Shown: positions 5,913 through 5,981 of the stretch, in pieces | Layout of the letters: each line of letters starts with the position of its first letter | How positions within the stretch are numbered: the stretch's first letter is position 1 | NCBI RefSeq assembly: GCF_006345805.1 | Contig: NW_021829721.1 | Location: 1 to 5,981, forward strand | Reading direction: 5' to 3' | DNA length: 5,981 nt | Origin: Octopus sinensis | Taxonomy: Eukaryota | Notes under the pieces: generated by a model | The model's database searches: none | Told to the model about the DNA's origin: nothing | What the model saw: only the letters and a program-made list of their open reading frames with translations | Translations under genes and position numbers: made by a program

Positions 5913-5981
<69 letters not shown>
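5911..5981. repeat. (TG)n microsatellite running off the window end
   Basis: Perfect (TG)32 at 5918-5981. Confidence 0.98.

Overview
Eukaryotic, non-coding, repeat-saturated window with no supportable host gene, tRNA/rRNA gene or CRISPR array. Nearly all supplied ORFs are microsatellite artefacts. The retroposon families look like those of Octopus (coleoid cephalopod); this is from recalled consensus sequences, not a search. Between long (TG)n, (TA)n, (TATG)n and (GAG)n arrays lie: a cluster of tRNA-derived SINEs including a head-to-head inverted pair (973-1653); a 5'-truncated, frameshifted restriction-like-endonuclease (R4/Dong-type) LINE end embedded in (TATG)n on both sides (3476-3862, minus); a hidden 47-codon minus-strand frame encoding a canonical C2H2 zinc finger, probably an RTE-type LINE 3' end, joined directly to a CORE-type SINE head (4197-4520); and a 251-bp TTAA/CCC piggyBac-like MITE packed with short hairpins and flanked by a TTAA-to-TTAA direct duplication (5435-5853). 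Neither coding remnant is in the ORF track. The most interesting themes are microsatellite-targeted LINE insertion, SINE-body/foreign-tail junctions and the duplicated MITE flank. I cannot claim a proven new system from one window.
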